The translations under genes and the position numbers were made by a program. A DNA stretch of 64,000 bases from Bacteroidales bacterium (GTDB taxonomy: Bacteria; Bacteroidota; Bacteroidia; Bacteroidales; Muribaculaceae). Position 1 is the first letter of the stretch, and the number at the start of each line of letters is the position of its first letter. Below are positions 16,601 to 24,947 of this stretch, piece by piece. The notes beneath the pieces were generated by a model, which did no database searches, was not told the origin of the DNA, and saw only the letters and a list, made by a program, of their open reading frames with translations. The stretch spans positions 2,574 through 66,573 of the forward strand of contig JAJBVL010000029.1 in NCBI GenBank assembly GCA_020859845.1. The letters run 5' to 3'.

Positions 16601-17608
16601 TTCCAGCGCATGTTTCGCTCGGCACGCACGGCCAACAATCGCGAGGGTACCGGCATAGGCCTCTATCTTGTGAAGCAGTATGTGGAGCTCCATGGCGGAC
16701 GTATCGAAGTGCGCTCGCGCGAGGACGAGGGGACAGCCTTCGTCATCCATCTCCCTATGGGCGACATCAGCAATCTCCATCCAGCCCTCGCTGATGAAGG
16801 ACAAGGGATTGCCGACGAGGAGGTGATTGACACCAGCCGTCAGCGTGTGCTCATCGTCGACGACAATCAAGAGATTGTGAAGTTTGTCAGCGAGATTCTT
16901 GCCGACGATTACACCATACTGACGGCTGGCAACGGACGCGCGGGTCTTGCCGTGGCCACTACATTCCATCCCGACGTGATTATCGCCGACGAGATGATGC
17001 CAGTGATGACGGGGCTGGAGATGTGTCGCAGCCTAAAGTCTAATCCTTACCTATCTACCATTCCCATCATAATGTTGACGGCCAAGGACGACAGCGCCAC
17101 CGAGGCCGAGAGCTTAGCTGCGGGCGTGGATGCCTTTATGGCTAAGCCATTTGAGGCTCCGATGCTTAAGGCTCGCATAGCCCAGCTCTTGAAGGCGCGA
17201 GAAGCTATGATGCAACAACTGAGAATGGAGAAAATCACCACTCCGCAACCCATCGTGGCCGAAAGCGTTGCCGAGAAGCAGATGGCACAAGTGACCAACG
17301 TCATCGAGACCCACATCGCCGACCCCGACCTCAACGTGAGCTTCGTGAGCGACAACACGGGCATCAACGCCAAGCAGCTCTATCGCCTCATCAAGAAGTA
17401 TACTGGCTCGTCGCCAGTCGACTATATCCGCCAGATACGTCTGCGCAAGGCCGCACTGCTGCTCGAGCAGAAGAAGTTTACCATCTCGGAGGTAATGTAT
17501 ATGGTGGGCTTCAGTAGCAGTAGCTACTTCGCCAAGTGCTTCCAGGCGCAGTATGGGGTCAAACCCTCACAGTATGTAGCCCAGGATTCACCACCTCCTG
17601 TATCTTAA
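13685..17608 (+). CDS. Hybrid two-component system sensor kinase/response regulator with an AraC-type HTH (PUL regulator, HTCS).
   Basis: It has periplasmic beta-propeller-type repeats, a TM segment, a HisKA box (LTDMSHELKTPL), an HATPase domain, a receiver domain (VLIVDDN) and a C-terminal AraC HTH. The ORF-track start at 13658 is TTG. Confidence 0.9.
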   Translation: MKTRILIIITAMLLAISGMARPLIHQPSRWHNVRINSYPTTVFAIEQDQDGLMWIGTNGGLFSYDGHRLRHAATLAPEALSQAHIHAIVTVGEDDLYLASNNGLLRYHKPTGQLERLEAESLPGEMRAAVEVDGRLWLGSLFGLFTYDLATGTVEHVATPMGHQAVYALLVGPKNEIYVGTYDGLGCYYPQLGEWHTLKLLPASRSSILFVNALAFQPGNQRLIVGTENGLWLYDLLQEKAEEVRDIPEISVKALAISPLGTLYIGSDKGVYILTPDGQLELCRHDSRQEMSLANNVVWTLFLDKEQALWGGTEDGLSLLAADDQMERISLSALTGRGDGSQVFTIMRDDKGRLWIGGSNGLIEQLTDGSTRWFNVGDPSWPISHSRIRQIYQTSDGAVWTTSDGGLNRLDETTGQMINYRLTDATHRRNANWAYNMVEDEDGTLWVGSYLGGVMMADYQSLLKSGGNYVADSIITQTEGLPNDFISQLIKGANGQKWVLNFRDSTVTLLNPRQAPLSIDIKSLTGSYPQVIIADEGGRIWCGFEGGVALISPEGEVERFIRFPGSANGNVLALENVGQQLWVSTMGGVWAIDKLSLDAHLLPLPEESYTALYYDEEGHEVLMGALDAIYRVDPLRVAAHKGPAHQVRVMSVMLDGEPLLGGEIGPTMAAFSESPRLSLPPDYHTAQLEVSALDFLQELPLRYAYQIDDRDLTWNLLDEGQNVITLPRLPYGAHRLSIKVAGAEAEPLVILLNVARPWYITWWAFLIYLLILGVIAWLVTSYFRRRTQRIAERHERALTMATVQNRISFLTDMSHELKTPLAMILGPVSQMREEASDPRLRRRLDTIYDNAVRLNTLVHCAVEINRMENTSVDQMLIHYQADVVYIAKHIFDNYRQAHPDKHFVFTASQPSIMASLDVVKTESILNNLLSNACKYTDKGATISCSVEQEADEIVIIVSDDGVGIPESEQGMIFQRMFRSARTANNREGTGIGLYLVKQYVELHGGRIEVRSREDEGTAFVIHLPMGDISNLHPALADEGQGIADEEVIDTSRQRVLIVDDNQEIVKFVSEILADDYTILTAGNGRAGLAVATTFHPDVIIADEMMPVMTGLEMCRSLKSNPYLSTIPIIMLTAKDDSATEAESLAAGVDAFMAKPFEAPMLKARIAQLLKAREAMMQQLRMEKITTPQPIVAESVAEKQMAQVTNVIETHIADPDLNVSFVSDNTGINAKQLYRLIKKYTGSSPVDYIRQIRLRKAALLLEQKKFTISEVMYMVGFSSSSYFAKCFQAQYGVKPSQYVAQDSPPPVS

Positions 17609-17719
17609 GGCCATAAAAAGGGACCAGGATAGGAAAATCAAGCAGGGATGTCCAAAATATTCTCTAAACAGTCTGCTTTATTCTTTACACAGGGACCTCA
17701 TTTGAGTAGATTTGCAGTC

Positions 17720-20281
17720 ATGAAACGCCATCACTCCTTCATCACTACTACCATGTTGGCAGCCCTTCTTACCGCTGCTGCCCCCATGACGAGCACCACA
17801 GCCGCCCGCGAGCTAAAGCCGCTCATAGGCGACTACTACGGCACCAACTACACAGTGCCCTTTGCCCACGCCTACCGCGCTCTGGGTTATCTGGGTGTTG
17901 ACCGCAAGGAGGCCATCGATCGCGATGTCTACCACATGTCGCGTCTGGGCCTTAACGCCTTTCGCCTCCATCTGTGGGATGTAGAACTTGCCGACCATGA
18001 GGGCAACCTTCAGTCCAATGATCATCTCGACCTCCTTGATTATCTCATAGCGCAGCTGGAGCAGCGCCAGATAAGCATCATTCTCACGGCGCAGACCAAC
18101 TTTGGCAACGGCTATCCCGAACGCAACAGCGACCCCAATGGCGCCTATTCTTACCGATATGACAAGTGTGCCATCCATGCCGACGATGAGGCCATCGCTG
18201 CTCAGAGCCGGTATATCCAAGCCTTGGCCCAACACGTCAATCCTTATACCAGCCTGAGCTACGCTACCGACCCCATGATATTGGCCATGGAAATCAACAA
18301 CGAACCTTGCCACACGGCAGAAGCCCCGCAGGTGACTGCCTATATCAACACTATGGCTGAGGCTCTACGCAGCGCTGGCTGGGACAAGACAGTGCTCTAC
18401 AACGTGAGCCACAATCCCCAAGTGGCCGAGGCATATTATGAGGCGGATATCGACGGCACCACCTATCAGTGGTATCCTCTCAACCTTGTCAGTGGCCACA
18501 CTCGCCATGGCAATTTCCTTCCCTTCGTAGACCAATATGAAATTCCTTTTAAGGAGATGAAGGGCTACGAGGCTCTATCGCGCGTAGTGTATGAATACGA
18601 CCCCGCCGATAATCTCTACTCCTACGTCTTCCCAGCAGCGGCTCGCACTTTTCGCAAGGAGGGCTTCCAGTGGATTACTCAGTTTGCCTACGATCCCATC
18701 GACCTTGCGTGGGCCAACACCGAATATCAGACCCATTATCTCAACCTTGCCTACACTCCTGGCAAAGCGCTGGGAATGATGGTAGCCGCCGAAGTGACAC
18801 GCCAGACGCCTCTCGGCGCCAACTATGGCAGCTATCCTGCCGACACTATCTTTGGACCCTTCATGGTGAGCGCACGCCGCGACTTGGCGATGGTCAACGA
18901 TGGCCAGAAATATTATTACACCAACACCACCGATGTGGCCCCTGCCTCCTTCGACACAATGGAGCAGATAGCGGGCCACGGGTCCTCGCCCGTCATCGCC
19001 TACGAAGGCTCGGGAGCTTATTTCCTTGACCGTATAGAGCAGGGAGTGTGGCGTCTGGAAGTGATGCCCGACGTGATGCTTACCGCCGATCCCTTTGCCA
19101 AGCCATCGCTGAAGCGCCGGGTGGGGGAGATAGTGTATCGCCAACATCCCTTGAAGGCCACTCTACCAGGGCTTGATGCTCAGTTGGTAGCTCTCCGTAT
19201 TGACAATGGCGAGATAGCCACAGCTCAAGATGCTACTTTTGAAGTGACTCCAGGAGTCTATCTCTTGGGTGTCTCTGCTGGTGCTCTTAAGGCTCTTGAC
19301 CTTACGGCTGCCTATGGCGATGGCACCAAACGCATCAATGAATATGTGGCTCCACAGCCCAGTGATGCCTTATTGGCGCTCGCCCATCATCCAGTAGTCA
19401 CAGCCCAAATCGGCCGCCCGTTGACGCTTGATGTAGAAGTAGCCTCCACGCTTAGAATGGATTCGCTTCAGCTCTATCCATCTACAGTCTCTTTCTGGAA
19501 CCATCACAATCCCATCTATACCCTTGAGGACCGAGGACAAGGACACTATTCGCTGACTCTCGAATCTCCCGCGCTGCTGGCTTGGGCTGGCGCTGAAGAG
19601 GGCCGATACAATCTTGTTGCATGGTGTGAAGGCCGACCCTTCACCTATCCTGAAGGTCGTGAAGGAGCGCCCCTTGACTGGGACTACGATGAGTCATCAG
19701 CTCAATATTACCATACGGCTATCTACGACCCCTCACGCCCTCTACGCCTGCTCACTCCCCAGGCCGACCTCGATGGTAGCGAAATCTCGACGCTTCCAAG
19801 CCGATGGGAGGGTACACGCTACGGCTATGAGCACGGCGGGCGCCCTGCCGACGACCAGCTGACAGCATCCATGTGGGATGTCAAGGAGCCTACAAATATC
19901 GTGGTGCTAAAACACGTAGGCGATATGCTTCAAGATGTGACGATACCAGACACCCATCATCTCAATGTAGAGACAGGGGCATGCGAAGGAATCGACGACC
20001 TGCAGCTCGCTCTCATCACTCGCGATGGCTTGAGCTACAATGCTCATCTGCCACTGGTGCCAGGAGTGCATAGCCTAACCATCGACGACTTCGCTCTCTC
20101 CACCACGCTGCTTTGCCCTGAGCCTTATCCTGTGTTCTTGGGACGTGAGTTCACTCCCGACAGCTCGGCAGCTACCATTCCTCTCCATCTATCAGAGATT
20201 GAGGATATCCAGGTGATAGGCCATGCCGAGGCTGGCTCTAACGCCTCTCTCGCTCTCAAATCAGTGTGGATAGAGAGATAG
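17720..20281 (+). CDS. Secreted clan GH-A (beta/alpha)8 glycoside hydrolase; a probable exo-beta-galactosidase of the galactan PUL, family uncertain.
   Basis: The signal peptide follows the second ATG at 17720; an alternative ATG is at 17648. EINNEP is an acid/base-type motif, and VVYEYD is a candidate nucleophile strand. The TIM barrel sits at the N-terminus and is followed by about 450 aa of beta-rich sequence. Confidence 0.5.
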   Translation: MKRHHSFITTTMLAALLTAAAPMTSTTAARELKPLIGDYYGTNYTVPFAHAYRALGYLGVDRKEAIDRDVYHMSRLGLNAFRLHLWDVELADHEGNLQSNDHLDLLDYLIAQLEQRQISIILTAQTNFGNGYPERNSDPNGAYSYRYDKCAIHADDEAIAAQSRYIQALAQHVNPYTSLSYATDPMILAMEINNEPCHTAEAPQVTAYINTMAEALRSAGWDKTVLYNVSHNPQVAEAYYEADIDGTTYQWYPLNLVSGHTRHGNFLPFVDQYEIPFKEMKGYEALSRVVYEYDPADNLYSYVFPAAARTFRKEGFQWITQFAYDPIDLAWANTEYQTHYLNLAYTPGKALGMMVAAEVTRQTPLGANYGSYPADTIFGPFMVSARRDLAMVNDGQKYYYTNTTDVAPASFDTMEQIAGHGSSPVIAYEGSGAYFLDRIEQGVWRLEVMPDVMLTADPFAKPSLKRRVGEIVYRQHPLKATLPGLDAQLVALRIDNGEIATAQDATFEVTPGVYLLGVSAGALKALDLTAAYGDGTKRINEYVAPQPSDALLALAHHPVVTAQIGRPLTLDVEVASTLRMDSLQLYPSTVSFWNHHNPIYTLEDRGQGHYSLTLESPALLAWAGAEEGRYNLVAWCEGRPFTYPEGREGAPLDWDYDESSAQYYHTAIYDPSRPLRLLTPQADLDGSEISTLPSRWEGTRYGYEHGGRPADDQLTASMWDVKEPTNIVVLKHVGDMLQDVTIPDTHHLNVETGACEGIDDLQLALITRDGLSYNAHLPLVPGVHSLTIDDFALSTTLLCPEPYPVFLGREFTPDSSAATIPLHLSEIEDIQVIGHAEAGSNASLALKSVWIER

Positions 20282-20345
20282 AGGATAGAGAGATAGAAGG
20301 CAGAGAGATAGAGGATAGAGAGATAGAAGATAGAATAGAAAAGAA
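20270..20345 (+). repeat. Tandem repeat with a unit of about 15 nt, ATAGAGAGATAGARG (GATAGA family).
   Basis: The repeat starts inside the last codons of the GH gene and ends about 25 nt before the susC ATG. It has 4-5 units, and a TAG recurs in frame at 20279, 20294, 20309, 20324 and 20336. Confidence 0.9.
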
Positions 20346-20370
20346 ATAAATAATCCCCAAACAACAACCA

Positions 20371-23340
20371 ATGGAAAAAGCAAAAACGACCATGAAAGCA
20401 GCGCTGCGCTGCCTGCTGCCCGTGCTTTTGATGTGGCTGATGGCTCCTACGGCCTTGGCCCAGAATCGCACGGTGACGGGTACGGTGGTGGACGAACTTG
20501 ACGAACCCATGACGGGCGTCACAGTGCGTGTGCCGGGTACTAATCTTGGAGCCGCCACGGATCTTGACGGCCGCTTCTCTGTGAGTGTCCCCCAGGCAAC
20601 CACTCATCTTGAATTCTCGTTCATAGGCTACAATCAGCTCACAGTGGCCATCCCCGCCGATGGCAAGATGGAGGTGAAGATGACCCCCAACACCCAGCTC
20701 CTCGAGGAGGTGGTTGTGATAGGCTACGGTACGCAGAAGAAGGACGACCTTACGGGCTCAGTGAGTTCCGTAGGCGCCAAGGACTTCAACAAGGGTGTAA
20801 TCTCCTCGCCCGAAGAACTTATCAACGGCAAGATTGCCGGTGTGCAGATTACCAACTCAGGCGGTTCGCCTAATGGTGGCTCCACAATCCGTGTGCGTGG
20901 TGGTGCGTCGCTCAATGCTTCCAACGACCCTCTTATCGTGCTCGACGGTGTGCCGATGGAGGTGGGTGGCTCTGTGTCGGGCTCGGGCAATTTCTTGAGC
21001 CTCATCAACCCCAACGACATCGAGACGATGACCATCCTCAAGGATGCCAGCTCTACGGCCATCTATGGTAGCCGCGCATCCAATGGTGTCATCATTATCA
21101 CTACCAAGAAGGGTGGTGGCGACCGCGTGAAGGTGAGCTTCCAGACCACCAACTCGCTCTCCACTAAGACCAAGACAGCCGATATGCTCAGCCGCGATGA
21201 GTTTGTCAACGTCTACAATCAGTATGGCACCGACGCTCAGCGTGCCAATCTTGGCTCTACCTCTACCGACTGGAACGACCAAATCTATCGCACAGCCTTT
21301 GGCACCGACAACTCGCTATCCATCTCTGGCCGCGCCGGCAAGTGGCTTCCTTTCCGTGTGGCTCTCGGCGCTATGAGCCAAGCCGGTATCCTAAAGACCG
21401 ACAAGAGCAATCGCTACACAGCCAACGTAAACCTTACTCCAACTCTACTCGACGACCATCTGCGCATCAACGTCAGCGGAAAGGGCACCTACAGCCACAA
21501 CCGCTTTGCCGAAGAGGGAGCTATATGGGGGGCATTGGTCTACGACCCCACTCAGGAGGTCTACGACGCTTCGAGCATCTATGGTGGCTATCGCCAAGTG
21601 GTAGACAACACTGGTGGGCCTGCCCAAGGTGGTCAGCCCAACCCTCTGGGAATGTTGGAGATGTATGAATCCACTTCCAACGTATATCGCCTTATAGGCA
21701 ACGTAGACATCGACTACAAGCTCCACCCGCTGCCCGAGCTCCGCTTCCACGTCACTGGCGGTTACGACTACTCGCATGGCAAAGGCCACGTGGTGATTCC
21801 TGATACCAACTACTCCTACTATACCAGCGGTGGCCGCGACTATGAATACGGGCCGCAGAAAAATTACAACAAGCTGCTGACCGTCTATGCCAACTACAAC
21901 AAGGACTTTGAGGCTATCAGCTCTACGCTCGACGTAACCGCTGGCTACGACTATCAGTGGTGGAAATACTATAGCGCCCCGTATGAAGAGCTGACCTACT
22001 CCGGCGACTATTACTCCTCGTCGGCTGCCAGCGATCAGCGCCATTCACTGATATCTTACTACGGACGTATCAACTACACCTTCGATGGTCGATACCTGCT
22101 CACTGCTACCTTTCGCCGCGACGGTTCTTCACGCTTTGCTAAGGACAATCGTTGGGGCACATTCCCCTCGGTGGCGCTTGCCTGGCGTGTGTCCAACGAG
22201 AGCTTCTGGGAGGGTATCCGCGACGTAATGAACGACCTTAAGATTCGCGCCAGCTATGGCATCACCGGTCAGCAAGACGGTATCGCCAATTATAGCTATC
22301 TCCCTATCTACACCATCGGTCAGACAGGCGCGCAGTATCAGTTTAACGGCACGCCCATCTACACTTATCGTCCGCAGGCCTACAACCCCAACCTCAAGTG
22401 GGAGACCACCAAGAGCTGGAACTTCGGCCTCGACTTCGGTTTTCTCAACAACCGCTTCTCGGGTAGCGTAGACTACTACACACGCAAGACCGAGGACCTG
22501 CTGGCCACCGTGCCCTCGCCCGCTGGTGTCAACTTTGACAAGGTGATGCTCACCAATGTGGGCAACGTAGATAGCAAGGGTGTGGAGATATCCATCAACG
22601 CCAATCTCATCACCACTCGCGATTGGGACTGGACAGCCACAGCCAACGCCACCTATCAAGACAGCAAGATTACCAACCTTACTCTCGTGCCTGGTGCCGA
22701 TAGCCCCGACACGTCGGTAGGCCCCTACATCGACTCATCGCAGATGCAGGTGTTCTCCACAGGCTATGCTCCTTACAGCTACTACGTCTACAAGCAGATC
22801 TACGACGAAGCCACCGGCAAGCCTATCGAGGGCCTCTATGCCGACCTCAATGGTGATGGCATCATCGACAGCAACGACCTCTACCACTACCACTCGCCTT
22901 CGCCCGACTGGATTCTTGGCTTCAGCACCTCGCTGCGCTATAAGAAATGGACTCTCAGCACCTCCCTGCGTGCTCAATTTGGCAACTACGTCTACAATGG
23001 CATGAGTGCCAACATGGGCGCTTGGGAATGTACCACTTGGTGTGCCGGCCAGAACAACAATCTCTCAAAGAGTTTCCTCGAGACTGGATTCCAAAACCGT
23101 CAATATCTCAGCGACTACTATGTAGAAAATGCTTCATTCCTCAAGATGGACAATGTGCAGCTCAGCTACGACTTTGGACAGGTGACGCGCTGGCTCAATC
23201 TCCACGTTTCGGCCATGGTGCAGAATGTATTCACTGTCACCAACTACAAGGGCATCGATCCTGAAAGCGCCACTGGCGTCGACACCTCGGTATATCCTCG
23301 TCCTCGCACGTATTCAGTCACTCTGGGTCTAACCTTCTAA
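20371..23340 (+). CDS. susC: SusC/RagA-family TonB-dependent outer-membrane transporter.
   Basis: The 989-aa ORF has a carboxypeptidase-regulatory-like N-domain (VTGTVVDELDEPMTGVTV), a TonB plug (VVVIGYGTQKK) and a terminal aromatic residue (F). Confidence 0.92.
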   Translation: MEKAKTTMKAALRCLLPVLLMWLMAPTALAQNRTVTGTVVDELDEPMTGVTVRVPGTNLGAATDLDGRFSVSVPQATTHLEFSFIGYNQLTVAIPADGKMEVKMTPNTQLLEEVVVIGYGTQKKDDLTGSVSSVGAKDFNKGVISSPEELINGKIAGVQITNSGGSPNGGSTIRVRGGASLNASNDPLIVLDGVPMEVGGSVSGSGNFLSLINPNDIETMTILKDASSTAIYGSRASNGVIIITTKKGGGDRVKVSFQTTNSLSTKTKTADMLSRDEFVNVYNQYGTDAQRANLGSTSTDWNDQIYRTAFGTDNSLSISGRAGKWLPFRVALGAMSQAGILKTDKSNRYTANVNLTPTLLDDHLRINVSGKGTYSHNRFAEEGAIWGALVYDPTQEVYDASSIYGGYRQVVDNTGGPAQGGQPNPLGMLEMYESTSNVYRLIGNVDIDYKLHPLPELRFHVTGGYDYSHGKGHVVIPDTNYSYYTSGGRDYEYGPQKNYNKLLTVYANYNKDFEAISSTLDVTAGYDYQWWKYYSAPYEELTYSGDYYSSSAASDQRHSLISYYGRINYTFDGRYLLTATFRRDGSSRFAKDNRWGTFPSVALAWRVSNESFWEGIRDVMNDLKIRASYGITGQQDGIANYSYLPIYTIGQTGAQYQFNGTPIYTYRPQAYNPNLKWETTKSWNFGLDFGFLNNRFSGSVDYYTRKTEDLLATVPSPAGVNFDKVMLTNVGNVDSKGVEISINANLITTRDWDWTATANATYQDSKITNLTLVPGADSPDTSVGPYIDSSQMQVFSTGYAPYSYYVYKQIYDEATGKPIEGLYADLNGDGIIDSNDLYHYHSPSPDWILGFSTSLRYKKWTLSTSLRAQFGNYVYNGMSANMGAWECTTWCAGQNNNLSKSFLETGFQNRQYLSDYYVENASFLKMDNVQLSYDFGQVTRWLNLHVSAMVQNVFTVTNYKGIDPESATGVDTSVYPRPRTYSVTLGLTF

Positions 23341-23355
23341 CACTTTACAAACACA

Positions 23356-24933
23356 ATGAAAAAGACTATCATATCTCTGGCGTGTGGGCTTGCCCTCCTG
23401 GGCACGGCCTGCACCGACGACCTCAACCAATATCCGGTGATAGAGACAGATGCCTCTGAGGTCTATGCCACAGCCGATGGCTACAAGATGGTGCTGGCCA
23501 AGATTTACGCCTCCTACGCTATCGTAGGCCAAGAGAAGGCTGGCAACGTCGACCTCTCCAGCTTCAATGGCCAAGACCTGCTGCGCGGCTACTTCAACCT
23601 TCAGGAGGCTGCAACCGACGAGACTGCTATGCGCTGGCTCTCGGGCGACAATCTCTCCGACCTCTCCTATATGAGCTGGAGCGCGAGCGACCCCTGGGTG
23701 AGCGACACATACTATCGTCTCTACTACAACATCGCCCTTTGCAACGAATTTCTGCGCTACTGCGACGAAAGCCATATCAGCGGCTTCACCTCAACTGAGC
23801 AGGCCGACATCGCTCAATATTCTCTTGAGGCTCGCTTCATGCGTGCGCTGAGCTACTATCTGGTGCTCGACCTCTTCCGCCAGGGTCCGTATGTGGATGA
23901 GAATACCCCCTCCACTGGCTTTATCCCCGAGGCCTACACCGCCTCTCAGCTCTTCTCCTTCATCGAGAGTGAGATTGAGGCCATCGCCGATCAGCTTCCT
24001 CTCGACAACGAATATGGTCGGGCGGGTCGCGCTGCTGCTTGGGCTGTGGCTATGCGTCTCTACCTCAACGCCCAGGTATATACGGGGCAAGACAAATATG
24101 CTGAGTGTCTTACCTACTGCCAGAAGATTATCAATTCGGGCAAGTATTCGCTTGAAGCCGACTATCAGAAGCTCTTCAACGCCGACAACTACAAGCGCAC
24201 CAACGAGATTATCCTGGGCTTTGTCACCGATGCCAACACCACTACATCGTGGGGAGCTGGTACCTACTTGGTGTGCGGCTCATGCGGTAGCGACAGCTCG
24301 CAAGACCCCGCAAAGTATGGTCTGGATGCTGGCTGGGGCAGCTGGCGTGTGCGTGGCGAGCTTCCCGCTCTCTTTGGCGACGTGGCTACGAGCCAGGATT
24401 GCCGCTGCATGTTTTGGACCGATGGCCAGGCTCAGTATATCGACAAGACTCTCGATGAGGCCACTCAGGGCTACTACAGCGAGAAGTTTACCAACCTCAC
24501 TGATGATGGAGTGGCTTCAAGCTCGTCGGCCTCGGCTGGTTGCGATACCGACGTGCCCTTCTTCCGTCTTGCTGAGGTGTATCTCTCGGCTGCTGAGGCT
24601 GTGATGCGCGGAGCCAGCGGGATGACCAAGGCCGAAGCTCTCGACCTCGTCAATGCCCTGCGCGAGCGTGCCTATGGCGACCAGAGCGGCAACATCACCG
24701 TCAGCGAGATGACCCTCCAGTGGATTCTCGACGAGCGTGGACGCGAGATGTATCATGAGATGGTGCGACGCACCGACCTCGTGCGCTACGATCAGTTTAC
24801 CACCTCCTCCTACCTCTGGCAGTGGAAAGGCGGTGTAGTGGCCGGCCGAGCTGTGGAGAGTAAGTACAACTACTACCCCATCCCTTCCACCGAGCTTACA
24901 GCCAATCCCAATCTTGTCAACAAGGAATACTAA
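23356..24933 (+). CDS. susD: SusD/RagB-family nutrient-binding lipoprotein.
   Basis: The 525-aa ORF has a lipoprotein signal (LLGTAC). It follows susC after a 15-nt gap. Its TPR-like SusD sequence features include RALSYYLVLDLF. Confidence 0.9.
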   Translation: MKKTIISLACGLALLGTACTDDLNQYPVIETDASEVYATADGYKMVLAKIYASYAIVGQEKAGNVDLSSFNGQDLLRGYFNLQEAATDETAMRWLSGDNLSDLSYMSWSASDPWVSDTYYRLYYNIALCNEFLRYCDESHISGFTSTEQADIAQYSLEARFMRALSYYLVLDLFRQGPYVDENTPSTGFIPEAYTASQLFSFIESEIEAIADQLPLDNEYGRAGRAAAWAVAMRLYLNAQVYTGQDKYAECLTYCQKIINSGKYSLEADYQKLFNADNYKRTNEIILGFVTDANTTTSWGAGTYLVCGSCGSDSSQDPAKYGLDAGWGSWRVRGELPALFGDVATSQDCRCMFWTDGQAQYIDKTLDEATQGYYSEKFTNLTDDGVASSSSASAGCDTDVPFFRLAEVYLSAAEAVMRGASGMTKAEALDLVNALRERAYGDQSGNITVSEMTLQWILDERGREMYHEMVRRTDLVRYDQFTTSSYLWQWKGGVVAGRAVESKYNYYPIPSTELTANPNLVNKEY

Positions 24934-24947
24934 TCTGCTAAAACCCA

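Noticed and set aside
17707-17714. TAGATTTG read as the promoter of the GH gene.
   Set aside because: It lies only 6 nt from the preferred ATG at 17720, too close for a -7 element. The gene is more likely co-transcribed with, or read through from, the HTCS gene, or it uses the ATG at 17648.
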